DNA of 64,000 nucleotides from Thermoleophilia bacterium (GTDB lineage Bacteria; Actinomycetota; Thermoleophilia; BMS3ABIN01), in NCBI GenBank assembly GCA_014874175.1, contig JACWAD010000094.1, positions 3,158 to 67,157 on the forward strand, written 5' to 3'. Position 1 is the stretch's first letter, and the number at the start of each line of letters is the position of its first letter. A model generated the notes under the pieces. The model saw nothing but the letters and a program-made list of their open reading frames with translations. It did not search any database and was not told the origin of the DNA. Made by a program: the position numbers and the translations under genes. Positions 36,938 to 46,153 of this stretch are shown piece after piece.

Positions 36938-38503
36938 CTAGTGGCCACCTCCAAGGGAGGCGAAAAACCGCGTCAGGAAGTCGCCGTGCTGGGCCAGGTA
37001 AGGACTCATGTGGTCGATCAGATGGCTTGCCGACGGGTGGATGATGTTAATGAAGGTGTCAGGGTAGGCTCCCACCCATACCGCCAGGCCTGCCAGAGGC
37101 GCCAGCGAGGCGATCTCGCGCAGACTCAGGTCTGACAGCCGGAACCATTTCTGATCACGGACTTCGGCAAACATTACCCGCAGGTACATCCAGAGCAGGT
37201 ACGCGGCCGCCAGAATGACGCCGGCGGCGGCCACAACCGCCATCGCCTTGTTGTAGGTGAACAGTCCCAGAAGGCTGAGAAACTCGCCCACAAAACCGGA
37301 AAGCCCCGGCAGGCCCAGCGAGCCCAGGGTGAAGAAAAGCAAGAAGGCGGCCATCACCGGGAATGGCGTGGCCAGGCCGCCCATGGCGGAGATCTCGCGT
37401 GTATGCAGGCGCTCGTACATGAAGCCGACCATCAGGAACAGCGCCCCGGTCAGCAGGCCGTGGCTGAACATCACCAGCAGCGCTCCCTCCAGGCCGATCA
37501 CGGTGAAGGCAAAGATCCCGCCTGTGACAAAGCCCATGTGGCTGACGCTGGAGTAGGCGACCAGCTTCTTTAAATCTTTTTGCACCAGGGAGACCAGGGC
37601 TCCATAGATGATGGCAATTATTGACAGAATGAGGATATAAGGTATAGCAGTCACGACTGCGTCCGGGAAAAGCGGTATACAGAAGCGAATGATGCCGTAG
37701 CCGCCCATCTTCAGCAGCACGCCGGCGAGGATGACGCTGCCCGCGGTGGGAGCCTCGACGTGCGCATCCGGAAGCCAGGTGTGCAGCGGCCACATAGGCA
37801 CCTTGATGGCAAAGGCGATAAAGAAAGCCAGAAAGGCCGCCATCTGCACCGGGAAGGAAAAGACGGCGTGCTGGAGCTGGTCCAGGTCGAAGACCGGGGC
37901 CGCGTACTGGTCCGGCCGCGCCAGGTAGGCGATGCCGACGATGGCGACCAGCATCAGAACGCTGCCGGCCATCGTAAAGAGGAAAAACTTGAGAGCCGCA
38001 TAGACGCGGCGGGGACCGCCCCAAACGCCGATGATGAAATACATCGGGATCAGCATGATCTCCCAGAAAACGTAGAAAAGAAGGAGGTCGCGGGCGCAGA
38101 AGGTGCCGATCATGCCGGTCTCCAGGAACAGGAACGAGGCAAAAAAGCCAAGCTCGCGGTCCTTGATGTAGTTCCAGGATGCCGGGATGATGATAAGGGA
38201 AAGCAGGGTTGTCAAAAGGATAAGCAGGACGCTGATGCCGTCCACGCCCATGTGGTAACTGGCGCCAATCCGCTGGATCCAGTTTACTTTTTCGATGAAC
38301 TGAAAGTCAGCGGTGTACTGGTCGAATTTCCAGAGCATCATGAGGGAGAGGACGAAGGTGGCGGCCGTCGCCGCCAGGGCCGCGCTCTTGTAAAGGCGGG
38401 GCCGGCCGCGCATGAACAGGAGCATCACGACCCCCCCCAGGGTAGGCAGGAAGGTCATGACGCTCAAAATCGGAAAGCCGATCTGGGATTGGAAAGAATA
38501 CAT
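36938..38503 (-). CDS. nuoM: NADH-quinone oxidoreductase subunit M
   Basis: 521 aa antiporter-like subunit. Confidence 0.9.
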   Translation of the reverse strand: MYSFQSQIGFPILSVMTFLPTLGGVVMLLFMRGRPRLYKSAALAATAATFVLSLMMLWKFDQYTADFQFIEKVNWIQRIGASYHMGVDGISVLLILLTTLLSLIIIPASWNYIKDRELGFFASFLFLETGMIGTFCARDLLLFYVFWEIMLIPMYFIIGVWGGPRRVYAALKFFLFTMAGSVLMLVAIVGIAYLARPDQYAAPVFDLDQLQHAVFSFPVQMAAFLAFFIAFAIKVPMWPLHTWLPDAHVEAPTAGSVILAGVLLKMGGYGIIRFCIPLFPDAVVTAIPYILILSIIAIIYGALVSLVQKDLKKLVAYSSVSHMGFVTGGIFAFTVIGLEGALLVMFSHGLLTGALFLMVGFMYERLHTREISAMGGLATPFPVMAAFLLFFTLGSLGLPGLSGFVGEFLSLLGLFTYNKAMAVVAAAGVILAAAYLLWMYLRVMFAEVRDQKWFRLSDLSLREIASLAPLAGLAVWVGAYPDTFINIIHPSASHLIDHMSPYLAQHGDFLTRFFASLGGGH

Positions 38504-38506
38504 TGT

Positions 38507-38880
38507 TTAACGTTTCACTGAATAGGTTTCATGATATCTATGGCCGCGTATTTTTGTTTCTTTCAGGTAATTCATAAAACCGTAAATTAACTCGCTGGTC
38601 GATTTCGCAACTAACTTCATTGATTTAAATTCATCTGCTGACAAATAGCCTTGATCATGTGCCACATATAATTGGGCCCTGACTTCACCTGCAGAGCCTT
38701 TAGCCAAAGATAGGAAATACAGAAGCTCCTTTGTTTCTCCTCTTTCAAAGCCCTCGGCAATATTGGCCATCACGGATAAGGAGGCTCTGCGTGTCTGATC
38801 TTTCAGGTTGAAATCTTTTGCAAACGCTCCTTTTACTTGATTGCGAATATACAGCCTTTGTCAACTCTCTCTTCAAATCG
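38507..38880 (-). pseudogene. degenerate 'four helix bundle protein' (TIGR02436 / 23S rRNA-intervening-sequence protein family) inserted between nuoL and nuoM; N-terminal half frameshifted
   Basis: Low-GC island. Intact C-terminal part ...SVMANIAEGFERGETKELLYFLSLAKGSAGEVRAQLYVAHDQGYLSADEF... The upstream helix (FEERVDKGCIFAIK*) is in another frame with stops. Confidence 0.55.
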
Positions 38881-38969
38881 CCGCACAGTTGTCACATTCT
38901 CTCCTTATCAACTTTCAGCTTCCGCAAGAGAAGCTAAATTCGATACGTTAAACGTTAAACGTTAAACGG

Positions 38970-40859
38970 TCAAAGCATTAAAAGTATGTAGACGATCATC
39001 AGCGCCAGCAGTCCCAGGAACATGGCGAACAGGTAGCCCTGTACTTTTCCCGCCTGGATCGGCCTCAGCAGCCGGCCGGCGCCCACCGACAGCCAGCCGG
39101 CGCCGTTGACAGCGCCGTCGATGACGCCGTCGTCGACGATGCGCCAGAGCCAGCCGGAGAAGCGGCGCAGGGGGTTGATAATAACGGCGAAATATATCTC
39201 GTCAACATAGTACTTGTTCAGGAGCAGGGGATAAAGGCGGCCGGCGCGCTTGCAGGCGGCCGCCGGCAGAAACGGGCAGCGCAGGTAAAAATGCCAGGCC
39301 AGCAGGATGCCGCCAATGCCCACCGCCGCGGAGATGGCCATAAGGCTCCCTGACAGAAAACTGAACTCGTGCGCCGGCGCCACAATGGCGGCGGCAAAGA
39401 CGCGGTGCAGGAAATGGTCGATGTGGCCGCCTTCGGGCGGAATGCCAAGCAGGAGCCCGGCCAGCACCGTTGGCACGGACAGCACGATCAGCGGCGCCGT
39501 CATCACCGGCGGCGACTCGTGAGCGTGCGCAAAAACCTTGGCGTCGCCGCGCGGCTCATTGTGGAAAGTCATGAATATCAGCCGGAAGGAATAAAAAGCG
39601 GTCAGGAAGACCGTAATCAGGGCCACGATCCAGAAGTACCAGTAGCCCTCGCTGAAAGCCCCGGAAAGGATGGCGTCCTTGCTGAAGAAGCCGGAGAGGC
39701 CGGGGAAACCGGAAAGGGCAAGGGCGCCGATGAAGAAAGTCCAGTAAGTTATCTTGATCTTCTTTTTCAGGCCGCCCATCTTGCGCATGTCCTGCTCGCC
39801 GCCGAGGGCATGGATCACCGATCCCGAGCAGAGGAAGAGCAGGCCCTTGAAGAAGCCGTGCGCCAGCAGGTGGAACATGGCCGCCGCCCAGGCGCCGACG
39901 CCTAGGGCCATAAACATGTAGCCGAGCTGGCTGACGGTGGAGTAGGCCAGCACCTTCTTGATGTCATTCTGGACCATGGCGATGCTGGCGGCGAAGATGG
40001 CGGTAAATGTTCCCACGGCGGCCACCACCAGCATGGCCGTGTGCGAGTGGGCGAACAGGGGGCTGGAGCGGGCCACCATATAGACGCCGGCGTTAACCAT
40101 GGTGGCGGCGTGAATCAGCGAGCTGACCGGCGTCGGGCCTTCCATCGCGTCCGGCAGCCAGACGTGAAGCGGGAACTGGGCGCTCTTGCCCACAGCGCCG
40201 GTAAAGAGGAGCAGGCAGATGGCGGTGACCATGCCGCCGCCGAGAGTGCCGGCGGCGGCGAAGACGCCGCTGTAGCTCAGCGTTCCCAGCGTCACGAAGA
40301 TGAGCATGATCCCCAGGCTGAAGCCAAAGTCGCCGACGCGGTTGACCAGGAAGGCTTTCATGCCCGCGTTGGAGGCGCTCAGGCGCGGGTACCAGAAGGC
40401 AATCAGCAGGTAGGAGCACAGGCCCACTGCCTCCCAGAAGACATAGAGGAGCAGGTAGTTGTTTGCCAGGACCAGCATGAACATCGAGAACATGAACAGG
40501 TTGATGTAGGCGAAGAAGCGGTAGTAGCCCTTGTCGCCGTGCATGTAGCCGATCGAGTAGATGTGCACCATCAGGCCGACCGTGGACACGACCAGCAGCA
40601 TGATGGCGGTCAGCTCATCGACCAGAAAGCCTATGTCAACATGGAACTTGCCGGCGGCAATCCAGGTATACAACTGCCAGGAGAGAGTCTGGCCGCGCTC
40701 GACCTGGATAAAGACATACATGGACAGGGCCCAGCTTAAGGCGACCGAGCCCACGGACAGGTAGTGGCTTTTCTCCCTGAAGTAGCGGCGCCCGAAGAAC
40801 CCCGTGATTATAAACGACGCCAGCGGTAGCAACGGTATGAGCAGAACGGCCGCTTTCAT
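38970..40859 (-). CDS. nuoL: NADH-quinone oxidoreductase subunit L
   Basis: 629 aa antiporter-like subunit with a long C-terminal extension. Confidence 0.9.
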   Translation of the reverse strand: MKAAVLLIPLLPLASFIITGFFGRRYFREKSHYLSVGSVALSWALSMYVFIQVERGQTLSWQLYTWIAAGKFHVDIGFLVDELTAIMLLVVSTVGLMVHIYSIGYMHGDKGYYRFFAYINLFMFSMFMLVLANNYLLLYVFWEAVGLCSYLLIAFWYPRLSASNAGMKAFLVNRVGDFGFSLGIMLIFVTLGTLSYSGVFAAAGTLGGGMVTAICLLLFTGAVGKSAQFPLHVWLPDAMEGPTPVSSLIHAATMVNAGVYMVARSSPLFAHSHTAMLVVAAVGTFTAIFAASIAMVQNDIKKVLAYSTVSQLGYMFMALGVGAWAAAMFHLLAHGFFKGLLFLCSGSVIHALGGEQDMRKMGGLKKKIKITYWTFFIGALALSGFPGLSGFFSKDAILSGAFSEGYWYFWIVALITVFLTAFYSFRLIFMTFHNEPRGDAKVFAHAHESPPVMTAPLIVLSVPTVLAGLLLGIPPEGGHIDHFLHRVFAAAIVAPAHEFSFLSGSLMAISAAVGIGGILLAWHFYLRCPFLPAAACKRAGRLYPLLLNKYYVDEIYFAVIINPLRRFSGWLWRIVDDGVIDGAVNGAGWLSVGAGRLLRPIQAGKVQGYLFAMFLGLLALMIVYILLML

Positions 40860-40926
40860 GTCAGCCTCTTGCCCTGTGGCGGGCGGCCCCTCCGGCCGCT
40901 GCCGCTGTTTTGTTTTCTGGCAAGGA

Positions 40927-41235
40927 TCATCCCTTCATCTCATCCAGCTCATCTACATCAAGCCTCTCGCGCAGGCGGAACATGGCGATGCCGATCGCCA
41001 GCCCGACGGCGACCTCGGCGGCGGCAATGGCCAGCACAAAGAAGACGAAAGCCTCTCCCCGGCCTGCTCCCAGGTTGGCGTAATTTGAGAACGCCGCCAG
41101 GGCGATATTGACGGCGTTAAACATCAGCTCCAGGCACATCACCACCATGATGATGTTGCGCCGCGCCAGCACGCCCCAGGCGCCCACCGCGAAGAGGACG
41201 CCCGCCAGGACCAGGTAATGTTGCAGCGGCGTCAA
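40927..41235 (-). CDS. nuoK: NADH-quinone oxidoreductase subunit K
   Basis: 102 aa, 3 TM helices. Confidence 0.85.
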   Translation of the reverse strand: MTPLQHYLVLAGVLFAVGAWGVLARRNIIMVVMCLELMFNAVNIALAAFSNYANLGAGRGEAFVFFVLAIAAAEVAVGLAIGIAMFRLRERLDVDELDEMKG

Positions 41236-41729
41236 GGGCGCCGCTCCCGCCGGGCCAGCAAAACGGCGCCGACAATTGCCGCCAGCAGCACCAGCGACGC
41301 CAGCTCGAATGGAAATGCGTACTGGTTAAAAAGCAGGCGGGACAGATTGGCGGTGGCCGGATTCTTGGGACTGCTGCCGGCGTTGAACCTGGCGCTGCCA
41401 AGCACCAGGCCCAGCACAACGGCAAGAGCCGCCGCTGCGGGAAGCGCTGCCCAGGACTGGCGGTGGAAAAAGATGCCGACGGCGCCGCTGCGCCGGCGGG
41501 TGAGCATGATGGCAAACAGGATCAGGATTGATATGGCGCCCACATATATAAGAAGCTGCGACGCGGCCAGCAGCTCCGCATTCAGGGTAACAAACACGGC
41601 CGCCACCCCAGAGAAGCAGGCAATCATGGCCATAGCGCTGTAAATCAGGTTCTTAAGCGACACCATCAGCACGGCCGGAATGATGACCAGCGCCGCCACG
41701 ATGTAGAAAACTGGCGTGGAGAATTGCAT
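41232..41729 (-). CDS. nuoJ: NADH-quinone oxidoreductase subunit J
   Basis: 165 aa; 4 nt overlap with nuoK. Confidence 0.85.
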   Translation of the reverse strand: MQFSTPVFYIVAALVIIPAVLMVSLKNLIYSAMAMIACFSGVAAVFVTLNAELLAASQLLIYVGAISILILFAIMLTRRRSGAVGIFFHRQSWAALPAAAALAVVLGLVLGSARFNAGSSPKNPATANLSRLLFNQYAFPFELASLVLLAAIVGAVLLARRERRP

Positions 41730-44257
41730 TACTCGGGCTCCCCCTTTTTGTCCGCCGGCCCGGCCTGGGCGGAGCCGGCCCCGGGCTCCCGCGCCGCGGG
41801 ACGGCCGCTTCCGCTGTCGGGGACTGCCTTCTCTTCGGCGTGCACCTCTTTTTGATACTGCTTGGCGGCGTGGTCCTGGCCCGGGCTGGCGGCATGATCC
41901 TGCTGGAAAGTGCCTTCGGGACTAAGGTCCGGTCCGCGGGCCATCTCCAGCAGATTATAGCCAAGCTGCCCGTGCCCGGTCGTGGCCAGCTCGAAGGCGG
42001 GCGTGATCGCCAGCGACTCCACCGGGCAGACCTCGACGCAATCGGCGCAGAAAATGCAGCGGGACGTGTCCAGGCGCCAGTCCGCCAGCTGCCGTTCTTT
42101 CATAAAGAGCGCCCCGGTGGGGCAGATGGTGGCGCAGCGCCCGCAGGAGACGCAGTCGGTGTCATTGAGGGAGCGGTCAAAAGGCGGGGTGACGATGGCG
42201 TGCCGGGCGCGGTAGGCAAAATCGTAAACGCCGGCGCCGGTCTGGTGCTTGCAGACGCGGATGCAGCGGCCACAATCGATGCAGCGGTTGGGGTCGCGCT
42301 GGATGAAAGCATGAGTGGTGTCGCGCCCGTAAAGGTTTTGCTCGCCGGCAAAGCGGTTGCCCTCTTCCTTCACCAGCCCCGCCGCCAGGCTGTAACGCCT
42401 CAACTTGCAGGTCTCGACGCCCTCGCAGATGCACTGCAGGCAGCGGCGGCTTTCGGTGCCGGCGGCGTGCTCGGAAAATCCGCGGTCGATCTCAAGGAAA
42501 TTGCCCTCGCGTTCCTTCTCAGTCAGCTGGGGCGTCAGCTGCCGCTCTATCTTCTCTTCGCGGTAGGCAGGAATGGCAATCATCGGCGGTTTGTCAAAGG
42601 CGGGCAGGGCGGCTTCGTAAGCAGCCATGTCCTCCCCTTTCAGGAAAGCGTCCATGGCCCAAGCGGCCTTCTTGGCCCCGCCGATGGCTTCCACCACCGT
42701 CTTGGCGCCGGTGGCGCCGTCGCCGGCGGCAAACACCTGCGGCCGCCCCGTCTGGCAGGTCTTGGGATTGATCTCGATTGTCTGCCAGCGGGTGCAGATG
42801 ACCCCGCCTTCTTCAGGAAAGATATCGCATTCTTCCCTGGTCTTGACGTCCACATATTTCAGCTTGGGCAGCTGGCCGATTGCCGGGATGATCGTGTCAA
42901 CCCCGGTGAGATATTCCGAGCCGGCCACCGGCTGCGGGCGGCGGCGGCCGCTTTCATCGGGCTCGCCCAGCTCCATTTTCTGACAGACTATGCCGGTGAC
43001 GCGTCCGTCAGCGGCCTCGACTTTGACCGGCGCCGCCAGGAAAGTGAACTTGATGCCCTCCTCCATGGCGTCATGCACCTCGATCTGGTCGGCCGGCATC
43101 TCTTTCTGGGTGCGGCGGTAGATGACTGTCACCTCTTTGGCTCCCAGGCGCCTGGAGACGCGGGCGGCATCCATGGCCGAAAAACCGCCGCCGATGACCG
43201 CGACTCGGTCGCGAATATCGGGCGGATTTCCCATCGCCACATCGCGGAGGAACTCGACCACCGGCATTACGCCTTCCATGTCTTCGCCCTCAACCCGCAT
43301 CGAGCGGCTCTCATGGGCGCCTATTCCCAGGAAAACGGCGTCAAATCCCATCTCGCCGAGGAGATCGTCGAGGGAAAAATCAGGCCCGAGGGCCATGCCG
43401 GTTTTCATCTCGACGCCCATCGCCCAGAGCGGCTCCAGCTCGGCGTTTAAAACTTTTTTGGGAAGGCGGTACTCAGGAATGCCGTAGCGGAGCATGCCGC
43501 CGGTATCCGGGAGCGCCTCGAAGATGGTGACGGCATGGCCCCTGAGCGCCAGGTAGTAGGCGTTGGCCAGCCCGGCCGGCCCGGCGCCGATAACCGCCAC
43601 CCGCTTGCCGGTGGCAGGGGCGGGCCGCTCCGGTTTAAACCCCTTTTCGATGGCGACGTCTCCCACGAACCGGTGGCAGAGGCGGATGGAGATCGGCTCT
43701 TCTACCTCGCTGCGGCGGCAGGCGCTTTCGCAAGGATGCGGGCATACCCGGCCCACGACAGCCGGGAAGGGCAGGTTTTCTTTCAGCACCCGCTGCGACT
43801 CGTCATAATCGCGGTCGGCGATCAGGCCCAGGTAGGCAGGGATGTCAACATTGGTGGGGCAGCCGTACTTGCAAGGCGGCAGGCAGTAGGCGTTATGGTC
43901 GGACAGGAGCAGCTCCAGATAAGTCTTGCGCAGCCTCAGCACCCGCTCGCTGCCGGTGGTGATGGCCATGCCCCCCTTGACCCTGGTGGCGCAGGCGGGA
44001 AGCGGCTGCTCCTCTCCCTCGACCTCAACCACGCAGACGCGGCAGCCGCCAAACGGCTCCAGGCCCTTGACATGGCAGAGGTAAGGGATCTTGATCCTGG
44101 CGGATTTGGCCGCCTCCAGGATGGTGTCGCCCTCATGCGCTATTACAGCCTGTCCGTTAATTGTCAGGGTCACCGGGGCGCCGGCTCCGGAAATTCGCAC
44201 CGGCGGCAGGGTCTGCGGCTTGTCGCCTAACCCATCAGTCATGAATTTTAATTCCAA
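41729..44257 (-). CDS. fusion protein: N-terminal [2Fe-2S] NuoG-N-like domain + GltD/NfnB-like NAD(P)H:FAD oxidoreductase + two 4Fe-4S ferredoxin motifs + NuoI C-terminal half
   Basis: 842 aa. Residues ~55-80 LCHVKGLEPFGGCRVCVVEVEG ([2Fe-2S]). Residues ~165-200 VCPHPCESAC...LCHRF (GltD N-terminal cluster). GKRVAVIGAGPAGLANAYYLA...GGMLRYGIPEYRLPK (GltD FAD/NADPH). Residues ~725-775 DWRLDTSRCIFCADCVEVCPVESLAITPAFELA...GYNLLEMA (NuoI C-terminal half). TTG start in track; alternative ATG at 44242. Confidence 0.7.
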   Translation of the reverse strand: MELKFMTDGLGDKPQTLPPVRISGAGAPVTLTINGQAVIAHEGDTILEAAKSARIKIPYLCHVKGLEPFGGCRVCVVEVEGEEQPLPACATRVKGGMAITTGSERVLRLRKTYLELLLSDHNAYCLPPCKYGCPTNVDIPAYLGLIADRDYDESQRVLKENLPFPAVVGRVCPHPCESACRRSEVEEPISIRLCHRFVGDVAIEKGFKPERPAPATGKRVAVIGAGPAGLANAYYLALRGHAVTIFEALPDTGGMLRYGIPEYRLPKKVLNAELEPLWAMGVEMKTGMALGPDFSLDDLLGEMGFDAVFLGIGAHESRSMRVEGEDMEGVMPVVEFLRDVAMGNPPDIRDRVAVIGGGFSAMDAARVSRRLGAKEVTVIYRRTQKEMPADQIEVHDAMEEGIKFTFLAAPVKVEAADGRVTGIVCQKMELGEPDESGRRRPQPVAGSEYLTGVDTIIPAIGQLPKLKYVDVKTREECDIFPEEGGVICTRWQTIEINPKTCQTGRPQVFAAGDGATGAKTVVEAIGGAKKAAWAMDAFLKGEDMAAYEAALPAFDKPPMIAIPAYREEKIERQLTPQLTEKEREGNFLEIDRGFSEHAAGTESRRCLQCICEGVETCKLRRYSLAAGLVKEEGNRFAGEQNLYGRDTTHAFIQRDPNRCIDCGRCIRVCKHQTGAGVYDFAYRARHAIVTPPFDRSLNDTDCVSCGRCATICPTGALFMKERQLADWRLDTSRCIFCADCVEVCPVESLAITPAFELATTGHGQLGYNLLEMARGPDLSPEGTFQQDHAASPGQDHAAKQYQKEVHAEEKAVPDSGSGRPAAREPGAGSAQAGPADKKGEPE

Positions 44258-44306
44258 GTTTCAAGTTTCAAGTTCCCGGTTGGGCCGCAAGGTTGTGCGC
44301 CCCAAC

Positions 44307-46121
44307 TCATTCTCCGCACTTCCCGACGCGGCAGCGCCCCTCGGCGGCATGCTCGAGGAACTCGTCCCGGAAAAACTTCAGGCCGGTGAGAAGCGGCCTG
44401 ACAGCGCCGCGGCCGAGGCCGCAGAGAGCTCCCGCCTTAATGTCCGCCGCCAGCGCCTCGGCAAGCTCCAGGTCCGCCTCGCTTCCCTCTCCCGAGCAAA
44501 TTCTTTCAACTATGTCAAGGAGGCGCCAGGTGCCAAGGCGGCAGGGCACGCACTTGCCGCATGACTCGCCGGAAGCAAAGGCAAGGCACTGCCTGACCAT
44601 GTCCACGATGCATTCATCCTGGCCCAGAATCCTGATAGTGCCTGAGCTCAAATCTCCGCCTGTCTCCCGGATTGAATCAAAGTCAAGCGGAATGTCAAAA
44701 AGGCCGGGCGAGAGGAAGCCGCCCCAGACGCTGCCAACGAGGGCCGCCCTGGGCTCGCTGATGAAGCCGCCTGCTTCCGTGGCGACGAGTTTTTTCAGGC
44801 TGGTGTCCAGCGTGGCCTCGTAGAGACCGGGACTCTCCACTGCTCCCAGCAGGGTGAAAAGCTTGGTGCCGGGGGCGTGCTCCGCCCCCAGTTGCCGGAA
44901 GGCGCCGGCGCCGCTTGAGATAATCCAGGGCACGGTTGCCAGCGTCTCCACGTTTTCCACTACTGTCGGCATCCCCCTGAGGCCTTTTTCAGCCGGGTAG
45001 GGAGGCCGCACGCCCGGCATGGGCCGCCTGCCTTCCAGGGTGGCGATAAGAGCTGTTTCCTCGCCCCCGACAGGCGCGCGCGGCACTTCGATTACTCGAA
45101 TGGAAAAAGAAAAGTCCGTTCCCGGCAGTTCCTCTTCCAGCAAGCCGTTGCCGGCAGCCTGCCCCACCGCCCGTCTGATCCTCTCGGCGGCAAGCTGGTT
45201 CTCGGCGGTGAGATAAATGATGCCCTCCCTGGCTCCCGCCGCGTAACCGGCCACGATCATGCCCTCGATGACCGCGTGCGGATTTTCCTCGAGGATGACG
45301 CGGTCCTTGATAGACCCGGGATCGCCCTCCTCGCCGTTGCAGATGATGAATTTCTTGGCCGCCTTTTGCCGGGCGGCCACCTGCCACTTGCGCCCGGTGG
45401 GGAAGCCGGAGCCGCTCCGTCCCCTGAGGCCGCTTACCGCGATCTCGTCAACGACCTCTGCCGGCGCCATCTCCGTAAGCGCCTTGGTGACGGCTTTGTA
45501 GCCGCCGGCGCCGGTGTAGTCTTTGATGCTCTCGGGGTCGACCTTGCCGACGTTTCCCAGCAGGATGGGGGGGCAGCCGGCGGCCGTCACCCGCGCGGGT
45601 GGCTCCTGGCGCTCCGGCCCCAGCTGAGGCGCGCCCGGCCCCAGTTGGTCATAGAAAGTGGCGACGCCAAAGACCTGGCTCAGCCAGACGCCGCTCTTTA
45701 AAGCGGTGGCGGCAAGCTCGTCTTCGCTCAGCTCCCCGGCAGCGAGCAGGGAGCTGGCCAGGCAGCCGTAGCGGCCGGGCGCGGCCTGCCCTGGTTCACC
45801 GGTTGGCCAGGGCGGCATCGCCACCGCCTTTTCGCCACGGTTCAAGAATGAGAGCATCGGGCCGGCGCCGGCGTCAAAGCGCCATACCTTCTCCGGCCGC
45901 TTTTCATCATAAATAATCTTGATAGCAACGGCGGGGCAGACCTGCTCGCAGAAAGTGCAGGCGATGCAGCGCGGCGTGGCGGCGTCGTCCTTCAGGCGCA
46001 GACGGATCAGCCCCCGGCTGCGCAGCGGCAGCTGGCGGCGCACCTCGGGATACTGCACCGTCACTTTCTTGCGGAAGAGGTGCGCCCCCGTTATCTTCAG
46101 GCCTTTGAGTAATCCGATCAT
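44307..46121 (-). CDS. fusion protein: NuoI N-terminal half (first 4Fe-4S motif) + degenerate NuoE-like linker + NuoF-like NADH/FMN/[4Fe-4S] domain
   Basis: 604 aa. N-terminus MIGLLKGLKITGAHLFRKKVTVQYPEVRRQLPLRSRGLIRLRL...CIACTFCEQVCPAVAI (NuoI). ...GVATFYDQ (NuoE-like). GLRGRSGSGFPTGRKW and SGESCGKCVPCR (NuoF). Confidence 0.7.
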   Translation of the reverse strand: MIGLLKGLKITGAHLFRKKVTVQYPEVRRQLPLRSRGLIRLRLKDDAATPRCIACTFCEQVCPAVAIKIIYDEKRPEKVWRFDAGAGPMLSFLNRGEKAVAMPPWPTGEPGQAAPGRYGCLASSLLAAGELSEDELAATALKSGVWLSQVFGVATFYDQLGPGAPQLGPERQEPPARVTAAGCPPILLGNVGKVDPESIKDYTGAGGYKAVTKALTEMAPAEVVDEIAVSGLRGRSGSGFPTGRKWQVAARQKAAKKFIICNGEEGDPGSIKDRVILEENPHAVIEGMIVAGYAAGAREGIIYLTAENQLAAERIRRAVGQAAGNGLLEEELPGTDFSFSIRVIEVPRAPVGGEETALIATLEGRRPMPGVRPPYPAEKGLRGMPTVVENVETLATVPWIISSGAGAFRQLGAEHAPGTKLFTLLGAVESPGLYEATLDTSLKKLVATEAGGFISEPRAALVGSVWGGFLSPGLFDIPLDFDSIRETGGDLSSGTIRILGQDECIVDMVRQCLAFASGESCGKCVPCRLGTWRLLDIVERICSGEGSEADLELAEALAADIKAGALCGLGRGAVRPLLTGLKFFRDEFLEHAAEGRCRVGKCGE

Positions 46122-46153
46122 AAAGTCACCGTTTCACGTTTAACGTCAACATG

